Source: a bacterium (GTDB lineage Bacteria > Patescibacteriota > JACMRA01). From it: a stretch of DNA of 32,810 nucleotides. The DNA lies in contig JAYUIW010000015.1 in the NCBI GenBank assembly GCA_043765655.1, positions 1 through 32,810 on the forward strand, written 5' to 3'. Under the pieces are notes generated by a model. The model was not told the origin of the DNA. It saw only the letters and a program-made list of their open reading frames with translations, and made no database searches. Positions 17,653-26,549 of this stretch are shown here, in pieces (the first letter of the stretch is position 1; every line of letters starts with the position of its first letter). A program made the position numbers and the translations under genes.

Positions 17653-18888
17653 ATGTTCGAAGCCTTTAAACTCGCATTCAATGAACTCTACGCCAACAAA
17701 GGTCGTACGATTCTCACCGCCCTCGGAATTGCCGTCGGTGTAATGGCAGTCTCTCTTATTCTGTCCAGTGGCTCAATTGCCCAGCAATACATTACAGGAT
17801 ATTTGACCAAATCCATTGGTAAAACCACCACAATCACGGTCAACGCCGACTTTAATTCTCGTACAGATGTCGCCAAAGTAACCAACCAAGACTACCGATA
17901 TTTTTTGACAATCAAAGACAAATACCCAATTACCGATTCCACTCCATTCGCAGTCGGTACAGTTAGCGTCAAAAATACTTTTGACGAGAGTATTAACCAA
18001 AGTATTAAGGGCGGCGGATTAGATTATCCTAATATTTCGGGGAACAAAAACCTTCTAAACATCAATGGTAGATTCTTTAACGAATCTGAATTAACCACTG
18101 GCGAAAACGTAATTGTGGTAACTCGTCAATTCGCGCAGTCTATCAAGGGCAAGGATTCTCTGCTGGGTCAAAAGGTAGATCTGGGCAAACAAAGCTATCT
18201 GGTGATTGGGGAATTCGAAGGGGAAAGTAGTCTTACAGCTAACGACAAAGATGTCATAATGCCGATTACCAGTCTGTGGAAACTCCGCAACCAGGAAGAC
18301 AAACCACTGCAACAAATTCTGTACACAGTCCAAAACGAAAGTCAAATTGACTTCGTGTCCAAGCAAGTTCTGGAAGAGATGAATACATTTCGAAGTTCTA
18401 ACTTTAGCGGTAATAGTGCCAAAAAAATTACCACTCAGTCTAGTAAATCTGCCATTGATACTATTGGTGGAGTTCTAATTGCCTTCCAATTATTCCTTGG
18501 ATTAGTTGCTGTTATCTCGCTAGTTGTTGGTGGGATTGGAGTTCTCAATGTAATGTTAATGGCAGTGGCTCAGAGAATTAAGGAGATTGGAATTCGCAAG
18601 GCTTTTGGTGCTAAAAATCGAGATATTTTGATTTTGTTTCTTTCGGAATCTGTTACTTTGACAGCTTTGTCAGGATTATTTGGGGCTTTATTGGCTCAAT
18701 ATCTGGTCTATCTCGGAGTGATTGTTGTGAATACTATTAATCCTGATCTGGGACTAGTCGCTCAATATTCGTGGATGTCGATCTACTGGGCTTTTATACT
18801 CTCCATTACACTCGGAGTGGTCTTCGGAATATATCCAGCCTACAAAGCAGGAAAACTATCGGTTGTAGATGCACTCCGATACGATTAG
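17653..18888 (+). CDS. ABC transporter permease (MacB/FtsX family)
   Basis: RTILTALGIAVG, GGIGVLNVMLMAVAQRIKEIGIRKAFGA, FGIYPAYKA..L..VDALRYD. Confidence 0.95.
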   Translation: MFEAFKLAFNELYANKGRTILTALGIAVGVMAVSLILSSGSIAQQYITGYLTKSIGKTTTITVNADFNSRTDVAKVTNQDYRYFLTIKDKYPITDSTPFAVGTVSVKNTFDESINQSIKGGGLDYPNISGNKNLLNINGRFFNESELTTGENVIVVTRQFAQSIKGKDSLLGQKVDLGKQSYLVIGEFEGESSLTANDKDVIMPITSLWKLRNQEDKPLQQILYTVQNESQIDFVSKQVLEEMNTFRSSNFSGNSAKKITTQSSKSAIDTIGGVLIAFQLFLGLVAVISLVVGGIGVLNVMLMAVAQRIKEIGIRKAFGAKNRDILILFLSESVTLTALSGLFGALLAQYLVYLGVIVVNTINPDLGLVAQYSWMSIYWAFILSITLGVVFGIYPAYKAGKLSVVDALRYD

Positions 18889-18912
18889 AATCTTGATAAC
18901 ATTGCCCAAAAA

Positions 18913-19545
18913 TCACTCTTCCAATAGTTGATTATTCTCTCCAAAAACTCTTTCACATAGTGGATTAATTATAATTTTACTAACTCCCATTTTGAACATA
19001 TTCTGGCGACAAATATCGCAACACCACCAGTGATTACTAATATAACAAGTTGATCCTTGGTATTTTTTGAGCAATTCTGAATTACCCCATACCTCCAAAA
19101 GAGTTCTTGATTCCGGGTGATTCTTCCAACTACAGCCTTTGCAGACTTCATAGCTATCTCCGGGTTGCCACGCTCCTTGATTACGAAGAGTTTCTCGAAT
19201 ACAGACTTTATCAGTTGATTTTGCAAAGTCATGAAGAGCTAAATTTTGGGTAGTTACCGAGATTATACTTCCGTTCTCAGATTCGAACAAACATCCAGTG
19301 CAAACTTTGGTATCGTAATTAGGATGAGTTTTTTTTATTAACTCAAATTGTTTATGAATTTCTTTTTGAATTATGTCAAAGTGTCTTGATTGAGCAAATT
19401 CTGTTGGAATTCTAGTGTCCTTGGAAGGTTGAAGTATGTAGATTAACTTGTCAAACTTTATCCAGTTCCCTACTAATTCTTTGGCTTGTTCAAGGTTATT
19501 CAAATATGCAACTTGTGCAACTCCAGCGATTGTTTTGATTTTCAT
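18913..19545 (-). CDS. Zn-dependent cytidine/dCMP deaminase-like protein
   Basis: CIR...G.SYEVCKGC...HPE and HWWCCDIC motifs. Confidence 0.7.
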   Translation of the reverse strand: MKIKTIAGVAQVAYLNNLEQAKELVGNWIKFDKLIYILQPSKDTRIPTEFAQSRHFDIIQKEIHKQFELIKKTHPNYDTKVCTGCLFESENGSIISVTTQNLALHDFAKSTDKVCIRETLRNQGAWQPGDSYEVCKGCSWKNHPESRTLLEVWGNSELLKKYQGSTCYISNHWWCCDICRQNMFKMGVSKIIINPLCERVFGENNQLLEE

Positions 19546-19681
19546 AAAATATTATTTTCTCTATTTAGAGAATACTTTTTTTATTTTTCTTGGGCAAATT
19601 TTGCTTAGCTTGTTTTTGGATTGTCGTTTTTTGAGATTAATAGGAATACTCCAGCTCTTGAACAAAAACTAACAAAACACC

Positions 19682-20566
19682 CTAAACCTGCAACGGCATA
19701 CTTAGACATTTGCAGGCTCCTCCACCCTTGATGAACTCACTCATTGGAACTGGATGACACACGAATCCTAGTTCTTCAAGTTTACTCATTAACTTGGGAG
19801 CGCCTTCGGGTAAGATTAAATTATTGCCAATAGGAAGTGCGTTGCAAGCAAAGTGTACAGCTTCGTCCTCATCAACCTCTACAATCTCCATAACGCTTCT
19901 AATTTTCTCAATAGATTCAAGGCTCAATGCCTTAGTGTAGCATAATGCGAGGTCAGATCGAATCGGACAAAAACAAGTATCAAGATGATAAAATCTACTA
20001 TCTATAAGTTCCAGAGTTATTATTTTTGGCTTTGTTAAAATATTTTTTTCCGAATCTTGCTCAGAGTTTTTTGTAAAATTCTGCTCAGCTTTTTGGTCTA
20101 GAATTTTTTGAATATAATCATAACTCTCCAACTGCGTACGGAATCCATACCCACCAAAAAGTGTATGCCCATCTTTCCACAGCGTATCGCCATGTCCTTC
20201 GAAGCTAATGGTATTCTCAAACTCGAAAATATTAAATCTGTTAACCTCAAACCATTTTACAAAGCCTTTTTTTTCGCCTTGGCGTTCAGGGAATTTGAAG
20301 TTAGAAGTAATGAATATATTGGAATAAACCAAACCAACATCCACATAAGTCATATCAGGCTGACCTGCGATTGGCTCGACTAGTTCAACTTTGGCACCAA
20401 GTTCAATAATTTTGGAATACAGAGAATTCCATTGACTTTGGGCAAGATCGTATTGGCTCAAGATTGTAGTATTCATCCAGTCGTTGATAGAATATTCTAT
20501 ACCAAAATACTGCGGCGGACACATCAGAATTCTAGGATTATTGTTGTTAAAAAATTGTCCGGACAT
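19682..20566 (-). CDS. Amidinotransferase / dimethylarginine dimethylaminohydrolase family protein
   Basis: LMCPPQYFGIEYSINDWM, FEGHGD, FYHLDTCFCP, EFIKGGGACKCL. Confidence 0.92.
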   Translation of the reverse strand: MSGQFFNNNNPRILMCPPQYFGIEYSINDWMNTTILSQYDLAQSQWNSLYSKIIELGAKVELVEPIAGQPDMTYVDVGLVYSNIFITSNFKFPERQGEKKGFVKWFEVNRFNIFEFENTISFEGHGDTLWKDGHTLFGGYGFRTQLESYDYIQKILDQKAEQNFTKNSEQDSEKNILTKPKIITLELIDSRFYHLDTCFCPIRSDLALCYTKALSLESIEKIRSVMEIVEVDEDEAVHFACNALPIGNNLILPEGAPKLMSKLEELGFVCHPVPMSEFIKGGGACKCLSMPLQV

Positions 20567-20590
20567 TATAATTTATATTATATTTTAAAG

Positions 20591-21093
20591 CTGTCATTCT
20601 GAGCGTAGCGAAGAATCCCCTGTTGTTCAAGTTATATTCCAATTATGTCATCCTGAATTTATTTCAGGATCTAAAATAGTTGTTACTAAGTTGTCATTCT
20701 GAACGAATGTGAAGAATCCCCTGTTGTTCAGGTTACACTTCAACTACCCCGAAGGCTTTGCCTTCACCCCTACATAGGGGTATCTAGTAATTATAACTTT
20801 GATCTGAATAAAAACTCCAACTGTCATCCTGAACTCGTTTCAGGATCTAAAAAGGTTATTATTGATAATTACCCCTTATTAAGGGGTTAGCCGAAAGGCT
20901 CGGGGTTCCTGTGGTAGTTTTTGCTCAAGATCTTGGGGATCTTTCGTTACACTCAAGATGACAGTGTGAAAAAGATTTTAAAATCCTAATAAAATTTCCC
21001 CTAAAATAAGGGGATAATTGTTAATGAAGGCAGGTTTTTTACAAATACCTCGTCGACTTGCGTCGCCACCCCTTTTGAAAAAAAAGGAATTAC
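20591..21093. repeat. BIME-like mosaic array of REP-like palindromes (families A, B, C)
   Basis: A 20591, B 20646, A 20691, C inverted 20745, B 20821, C 20866, A inverted 20935-20964, C-like 20996 and 21046-21093. Confidence 0.9.
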
Positions 21094-21094
21094 T

Positions 21095-22339
21095 CTACGC
21101 GATATCCTCGAGAACTGGTTCAGGGGTTACAACGACTTCTTCTTTTTCGACCTTAGATAGAGCTTCTTTGATTTCGTCTAGCTTGATTGACTGTGCAACC
21201 TCTAATGGAAGTCTAGTAAGAAGTAATTTTTCGTTCTTTTCCAACGATAGAATTGTGAACTCGTACTCTTTACCAACTTTGAGATGATCTACGACTTGTC
21301 CTGTGGTTGAGATTTTGTCAGTGGTAATTTGGCTAATGTGACATAGGCCTTGAATATCTTGTTCGTTGATAGCAATTGCTCCATATTGAGCAACTTTAGT
21401 TACAGTTCCCTTGAAAATATCTCCAACATTGGCAGTCTTAGTGAATTCTGTCCACGGATTAGATAGAGTTTGCTTGATAGAAAGGTTAATCTTGTTATCT
21501 TTGTCAATATCGATTATTTTAACTTTGATTGTTTGACCAATCTTATGCTCTTTGTATGGGTTTTCGACTTTTTTCCAAGAGATTTCGGAGATATGAACCA
21601 ATCCTTCTAGATCGTCATCGAATCTAACGAATAATCCGAAGTCCACAATTCCAATGACTTGACCATCGACAACATCGCCATTTTTGTACTTTTGGAGTTT
21701 TAGTTGTGACATTTCGTCACTTACTGCTTTTTCGGAGGCGATAACTGTGTCAGAGACTGGATTAACAGACATTAATTTGACGTTGAAGGTTTGACCAACA
21801 TAGTCTTTCATTTTGTTAATTAGTGACTTATCATCAGCTCCCGGAGTTGCTTTGATAGAGTGTGCAGGAGATAATAGAGACGCAGGAAGGAATCCATCAA
21901 CGCCGTTAACACGGATAAGAAATCCACCACGGTTGGCATCGCGAATTTTGGCAGGAAGAGTAACTTTGGATTCGAAAGCATTGTTAATTTCTGTCCAGAT
22001 TTTGTCGCGACCGATGGCTTTGAAGCTTAATTCTAAGTAACCAAGTTCATTGTCGTGGTTCAAAAGCATAGCTTCGACTTCTTCGCCGACCTTGAGCTTA
22101 CTAATATATTCATCATTGTAGAGTTCTTTACCACGGACCATTCCAAGACCAACATTAGTAATGTCAAGAATTGCTTGATTCTTAGAGATAAATACGATTT
22201 TACCAGTGATTTTGTCACCAATTTTGACTTCTGTTGGATCTTTGATCGTCGTTAAAAGTGTATCCATTGTTGGGTTGTTGGATGAGTTTTTGGAGTCCAA
22301 CCCTGTTTCTCTGTTAAGGTTATTAATGTTGTTTGACAT
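21095..22339 (-). CDS. rpsA: 30S ribosomal protein S1 (four S1 domains)
   Basis: ANRGGFLI..GVDGFLPASLL, DFGLFVRF..LEGLVHISEISW, GLCHISQI; ATG 22339 preferred because of promoter position. Confidence 0.92.
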   Translation of the reverse strand: MSNNINNLNRETGLDSKNSSNNPTMDTLLTTIKDPTEVKIGDKITGKIVFISKNQAILDITNVGLGMVRGKELYNDEYISKLKVGEEVEAMLLNHDNELGYLELSFKAIGRDKIWTEINNAFESKVTLPAKIRDANRGGFLIRVNGVDGFLPASLLSPAHSIKATPGADDKSLINKMKDYVGQTFNVKLMSVNPVSDTVIASEKAVSDEMSQLKLQKYKNGDVVDGQVIGIVDFGLFVRFDDDLEGLVHISEISWKKVENPYKEHKIGQTIKVKIIDIDKDNKINLSIKQTLSNPWTEFTKTANVGDIFKGTVTKVAQYGAIAINEQDIQGLCHISQITTDKISTTGQVVDHLKVGKEYEFTILSLEKNEKLLLTRLPLEVAQSIKLDEIKEALSKVEKEEVVVTPEPVLEDIA

Positions 22340-22346
22340 ACTTATA

Positions 22347-22375
22347 ATTATGATAGACAAAGGCTTTATTGTCAA
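22347..22375 (-). promoter_or_regulatory. sigma70 promoter of rpsA (leaderless position)
   Basis: TTGACA (22375-22370), 17 bp, CATAAT (22352-22347), ATG 22339. Confidence 0.7.
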
Positions 22376-22538
22376 TAATCAGGTAAAATTCTAAAGTTTA
22401 AAAAATTTCAGAGTTTGGAATGATTTGACCAAAGATATATACAAAAAAGTAGACAAAACTACTAAAAAAGTTAATAATTAGTTCTAATATGTATTTAGTT
22501 AAAATTACCTTTATATCTCAATGTAAAATTTAATTAAT

Positions 22539-24725
22539 ATGAAGTTATTATTCCTAGACTGTGAAACCAGCGGGGTCAACCCCAACAACGACCAAATCAT
22601 CGAGTTAAGTGGAGTAATTTTTGACTTTGACAATATTAATTATGGGCTGGAATACAATTGCAAATTCTCTACACTTCTAAGGCTTCGCGGTATTCTTGAT
22701 AGCAGAATTACTAGACTTACTGGAATTGAAGAATCCGAACTCGTGGACGCGCCGACCTTGTTCCAAGCCCAAGAACTGTGGCAAGAATGGTTAACCAAAG
22801 TTAGCGAAGAAGGTCAGATTAAAGGCATAATTGGGCATTCTATAGACTTTGATTTGGGATTTCTCAAAAAAGAAAAATGGTATCTTCCCGATGCCAAAAT
22901 TATCGATACACTGGATCTGTCCAGAATTATGTTGCCTGATAAGTCGGCAATTAATCTAGAATTTCTATCCAAAAACTTAGAACTCGAAGCCAAAATTCCC
23001 AAAGAATTAATTCACAATATTAGTTACCACCGCTCGCTTTTTGACACACTTGTAGATGCTGAACTTTTTAGATTTTTGATAAATAGATTGAACGCGATTG
23101 AAGATGGATTCCTGTTCGATATGATTAATCACAACTTCGTTAATCTGGGAATAGAAAGCTACCGAAGCCAAGAATTACAGGTTTTAGAAGGTACAAATTT
23201 TGACAATAATATTCAAAAAAACATCTTTGAAAATAACTCCAAACTTAATTTTCTTGGAGATATAGTCCCTCCCAAAATCACAATTAACGATATTGTTCCA
23301 AGTCTTACTACCTTGCAGACTCTCAAGAATATTATCAATGAACAAAATGGTACCAAGCTCAATCTAGAACTCACAACTTTGACTTTGCAGATTTATTATT
23401 GTTTGACCTTGGATATCACAAAACATATCACAAAACTCTTTCTCAAACTTCACAGCCTTGGCGATTCCAAAACTCAATACATTCTCCAAAATCTAATCTT
23501 AGAATTAGTTTATACCTCTCAGTTTTTAGTTTCAAAACAAACAAAAGATTCTGAGCTTAGTCCAAACTCCCAAAACACCCAACAAATCAATCCCAATCTT
23601 CCTGCAATCGAGAATATTCTGGACCAAATTACCGATCTAGTTGATACCAAAATCAACCTTGGAAGCTTTGTTAACAAACTAGAAGTTCTAGTTAAAATAA
23701 ATAGTAATTCAAGCCTGACAACAACCAAAATTCAAAAACTAATTAACGAATACGACTTTCTTTTACCTTCAATGAACGCCTTGATGAAGGGCAAATACGA
23801 ACTAATCTATACTCCCAGCACATTCTCTGGAGCAGATCTCAACGCTTTCAAAAAACTCTTTAAATTCATAGAATCATTAGCTAGTTTTGACTTCGCAGAA
23901 GTTAGTTCGAACAGTGGACTTTGGCAAAATTCTCAAGACAATTTACAAAGTTTAAACAACAACCTCATTGAGCAAATCCAACTTGACCAAAAAACTCTTC
24001 AATTCAACAGTTTTGACACTTTTAAGATTAATTTATTCGGACATAATCTCACAATCACCAAGACCAATCTCAACTTCAACCTCCGCAACCGCTGGCAAGA
24101 ACTTGCCAACAAAAAACCACCTTTAGAATTCACCAGCCAATTCGCATCTTCCAAACTCGACGAATTAACAACCTTGATTGATTTGCCTAGAGACATTAAT
24201 GTTACACAAACAAAAATTGCCCAAAACATTGAACATAGTCATCTGGCAATCAATAATCTTATTAACCTGCAGGCGGGAAGTATCTCCAATAACCCTGACC
24301 AAATAATAATTATCTTAACTTCGACCAACTCCACAATGGCAAGTATTGATAAGTATTTTAACAACGATGGGGCGATGAGTTTGTCCAAAGACAACTTTTT
24401 AATACTCGGAGAAAGTGGAAGTCTAACCAAAATAATCTCCAAAATATCTACAGGCTTCACAGGAATTGTCGTCGTTAAGTATTCACAAATCTCCAAGTTC
24501 CAAAATCTTATTAATCAAGATAAGTTTGCCCAAAAAACCACAATTCTCCTAGCTCAACCTCCGCTGTTCATCGCTCATGACTATTGGAGAAACCAGTTCA
24601 AAGAATACGAAGATTACAAAGTTATTAGTAGTTCAATTACCAAAATCTACCAAGAATTCAAGATCAGCTCACTCCAACAATCTTTCGAGAATGTCAAAGT
24701 TGTAGTCAATGAAGAACCACGGTAA
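22539..24725 (+). CDS. DEDDh 3'-5' exonuclease fused to a degenerate DinG-like C-terminal region
   Basis: LDCETSG, GHSIDFDLGFL, IDTLDL, HRSLFDT; no Walker A or DEAH visible in the C-terminal part. Confidence 0.75.
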   Translation: MKLLFLDCETSGVNPNNDQIIELSGVIFDFDNINYGLEYNCKFSTLLRLRGILDSRITRLTGIEESELVDAPTLFQAQELWQEWLTKVSEEGQIKGIIGHSIDFDLGFLKKEKWYLPDAKIIDTLDLSRIMLPDKSAINLEFLSKNLELEAKIPKELIHNISYHRSLFDTLVDAELFRFLINRLNAIEDGFLFDMINHNFVNLGIESYRSQELQVLEGTNFDNNIQKNIFENNSKLNFLGDIVPPKITINDIVPSLTTLQTLKNIINEQNGTKLNLELTTLTLQIYYCLTLDITKHITKLFLKLHSLGDSKTQYILQNLILELVYTSQFLVSKQTKDSELSPNSQNTQQINPNLPAIENILDQITDLVDTKINLGSFVNKLEVLVKINSNSSLTTTKIQKLINEYDFLLPSMNALMKGKYELIYTPSTFSGADLNAFKKLFKFIESLASFDFAEVSSNSGLWQNSQDNLQSLNNNLIEQIQLDQKTLQFNSFDTFKINLFGHNLTITKTNLNFNLRNRWQELANKKPPLEFTSQFASSKLDELTTLIDLPRDINVTQTKIAQNIEHSHLAINNLINLQAGSISNNPDQIIIILTSTNSTMASIDKYFNNDGAMSLSKDNFLILGESGSLTKIISKISTGFTGIVVVKYSQISKFQNLINQDKFAQKTTILLAQPPLFIAHDYWRNQFKEYEDYKVISSSITKIYQEFKISSLQQSFENVKVVVNEEPR

Positions 24726-24747
24726 TCTTCTAATCTTACATATGTCA

Positions 24748-24855
24748 CTAAAGACATTCTAACTAGTTACCCCTTTTTGAAGATACTGGTACAGCCGTAC
24801 TTGATACGGCGACGCATAGTGTCCGAAGGGGTGAGCCGAATGGCTCGGGGATTTT
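24748..24855 (+). repeat. Family C repeat carrying a 46-bp structured insertion
   Basis: Aligns with 6929-6990 except for extra sequence between two GAAG (24779-24782, 24825-24828). Confidence 0.8.
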
Positions 24856-24878
24856 GCTTTAAAAAACAAATTACCACC

Positions 24879-25889
24879 TTACTCAATTCCCCAGCTTAAG
24901 GTTTCTTCAGCTCGAAACGGAACAACTCCGTGAATTTCTGAGTCTACAACAGTTGGTTTTTTGGTTAATATAAAGGTTTTCTTTTGGGGTTCTAATCCAT
25001 AGAACTGAGCACCGAAGACCGTCGCAAAATCCACCAATCTATCTAGGCAACCAATTCTTTCCAAGACATCCGCAAGGTATGGAGCAAGGTATGGAGCCGT
25101 ATATACACCTGCACAACCACAAGCGGTTTCTTTGAGTTCTCGCATATGCGGAGCCGAATCTGAACCAAGGAAGAACTTGGGATTTCCGCTTTTGACAATA
25201 TCCCGAAGAGCCTGTCTATCAACAGGGAACTTGGCCACAGGCTTACAAAAATTATGAATCTTGCCTGCCCAATCATCCACAACCAGATCCAGATGATGAA
25301 CTGTAATCGACGCTGCCAAATACTCAGAATCACAGTTTTTGACGTATTCCACAGCCTCCGCGGAAGTCATATGTTCCAGAACAATTTTTAGCTTTGGGAA
25401 GTTTTTTTGGATTTCGGCAAGAATCGGTAGGAACTTGGCTTCGGCGTTCATTACACAGATATTGCGTCCATAATCGCTGGGAACTTCGCCGTGAATATTG
25501 AAGATAAAGTCATTCTCTTGCATCGCCTCGAACACAAGATAAAAACTAGTAATATCACTCACCCCAAAATTGCTATTAGTGGTAACTCCCGCTGGATACA
25601 TTTTGACATTTTTGACACCAAGCTTGGCAGCCTTAACAATCTCTTCAGGAGTTGTGTCTTGACCGAGGTATAGACTGTACAATATTTCCAAATCCAAGTT
25701 CAAACTCTTGATATAATTCTGATATTCCTGGACTTTGTCCGCCGTTGTAAGAGGGTTCTTGAGATTCGGCATCGCCATAACTCTACCAACTCCGCCGTTG
25801 ATGGTCTCTTGAATAACATTACTGAGCATATCTCCTTCGCGAAGATGTACATGTAGATCGTCTAATAGTGGAAGTGTGATTGAGGTCAT
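24879..25889 (-). CDS. pyrC: Dihydroorotase, homodimeric type
   Basis: DLHVHLREG, MPNL, KMYPAGVTTNS, HGE, LEH, FCKPVAK, LGSDSAPH. Confidence 0.95.
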   Translation of the reverse strand: MTSITLPLLDDLHVHLREGDMLSNVIQETINGGVGRVMAMPNLKNPLTTADKVQEYQNYIKSLNLDLEILYSLYLGQDTTPEEIVKAAKLGVKNVKMYPAGVTTNSNFGVSDITSFYLVFEAMQENDFIFNIHGEVPSDYGRNICVMNAEAKFLPILAEIQKNFPKLKIVLEHMTSAEAVEYVKNCDSEYLAASITVHHLDLVVDDWAGKIHNFCKPVAKFPVDRQALRDIVKSGNPKFFLGSDSAPHMRELKETACGCAGVYTAPYLAPYLADVLERIGCLDRLVDFATVFGAQFYGLEPQKKTFILTKKPTVVDSEIHGVVPFRAEETLSWGIE

Positions 25890-25926
25890 TGTGTTTGTGA
25901 TTTTGGTTAAATAAATATATATTAAA

Positions 25927-25955
25927 ATTCTAAACTTTTAACAATTTTTTGGCAA
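25927..25955 (-). promoter_or_regulatory. sigma70-type promoter of pyrC
   Basis: TTGCCA (25955-25950), 17 bp, TAGAAT (25932-25927). Confidence 0.6.
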
Positions 25956-26029
25956 GAAAATATTTTAGTTTGGGTTGATTTTGTGCTAATTTTTGATTTA
26001 TAACAGGATTCTATCCAAAAAAAAATAGC

Positions 26030-26485
26030 CTACCGACCTCTGTGTTTTTGGATTTTCTTTTGCTCGAGTGTTCTTTGCTTTTTTTCTAATTCTTCTCGTT
26101 CTTTGGAATTTTGATTTTCTTTTCGTTCTATTCTATTGAGGTTTTTTTGCTTGTGCAAAAGGCTTTTGGCATCACCATGAGGATTTTTTAGTTGGACTTC
26201 GACTGTATGAGTTTTTTCGAACTTTTGTTTTTTTTCGATTACAACTAGCTTGGTAGTTGTTGGCTCAGATCCCCAAGGTGTGAATTGTAGTTTGGAACGA
26301 TTGAGATTCCTGAGGAATTTTTCAATTTGGTAAGATTGTGGTTCGCCCACGCTTATTGTGGCTTTGGCAACGCTATAACCTTCAGATTCTCGCTTTTCGA
26401 ATAGTGCCATCCAGTACTTACCATCCCAAAGAATAGAAACAGTCATAGAAACTTGATTCGTACTTAAGTTCGTTGATTGATTCAT
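26030..26485 (-). CDS. YjdF/DUF2992 family protein
   Basis: TVSILWDGKYWMALFE, GEPQSYQIEKFL, basic tail ending KKIQKHRGR; ATG 26485 preferred. Confidence 0.75.
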   Translation of the reverse strand: MNQSTNLSTNQVSMTVSILWDGKYWMALFEKRESEGYSVAKATISVGEPQSYQIEKFLRNLNRSKLQFTPWGSEPTTTKLVVIEKKQKFEKTHTVEVQLKNPHGDAKSLLHKQKNLNRIERKENQNSKEREELEKKQRTLEQKKIQKHRGR

Positions 26486-26549
26486 TCCTAAATTTTGATA
26501 CCAAAAATAAAACTTGTCAAAACAAACCAAAAAATATTACCCGAACAAT

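Noticed and set aside
20591-21093. CRISPR array
   Set aside because: Units belong to different families, vary in orientation and spacing, and no cas genes are present
26486-26549. yjdF riboswitch upstream of the DUF2992 gene
   Set aside because: The predicted promoter abuts the start codon and only ~60 AT-rich bp precede the IS
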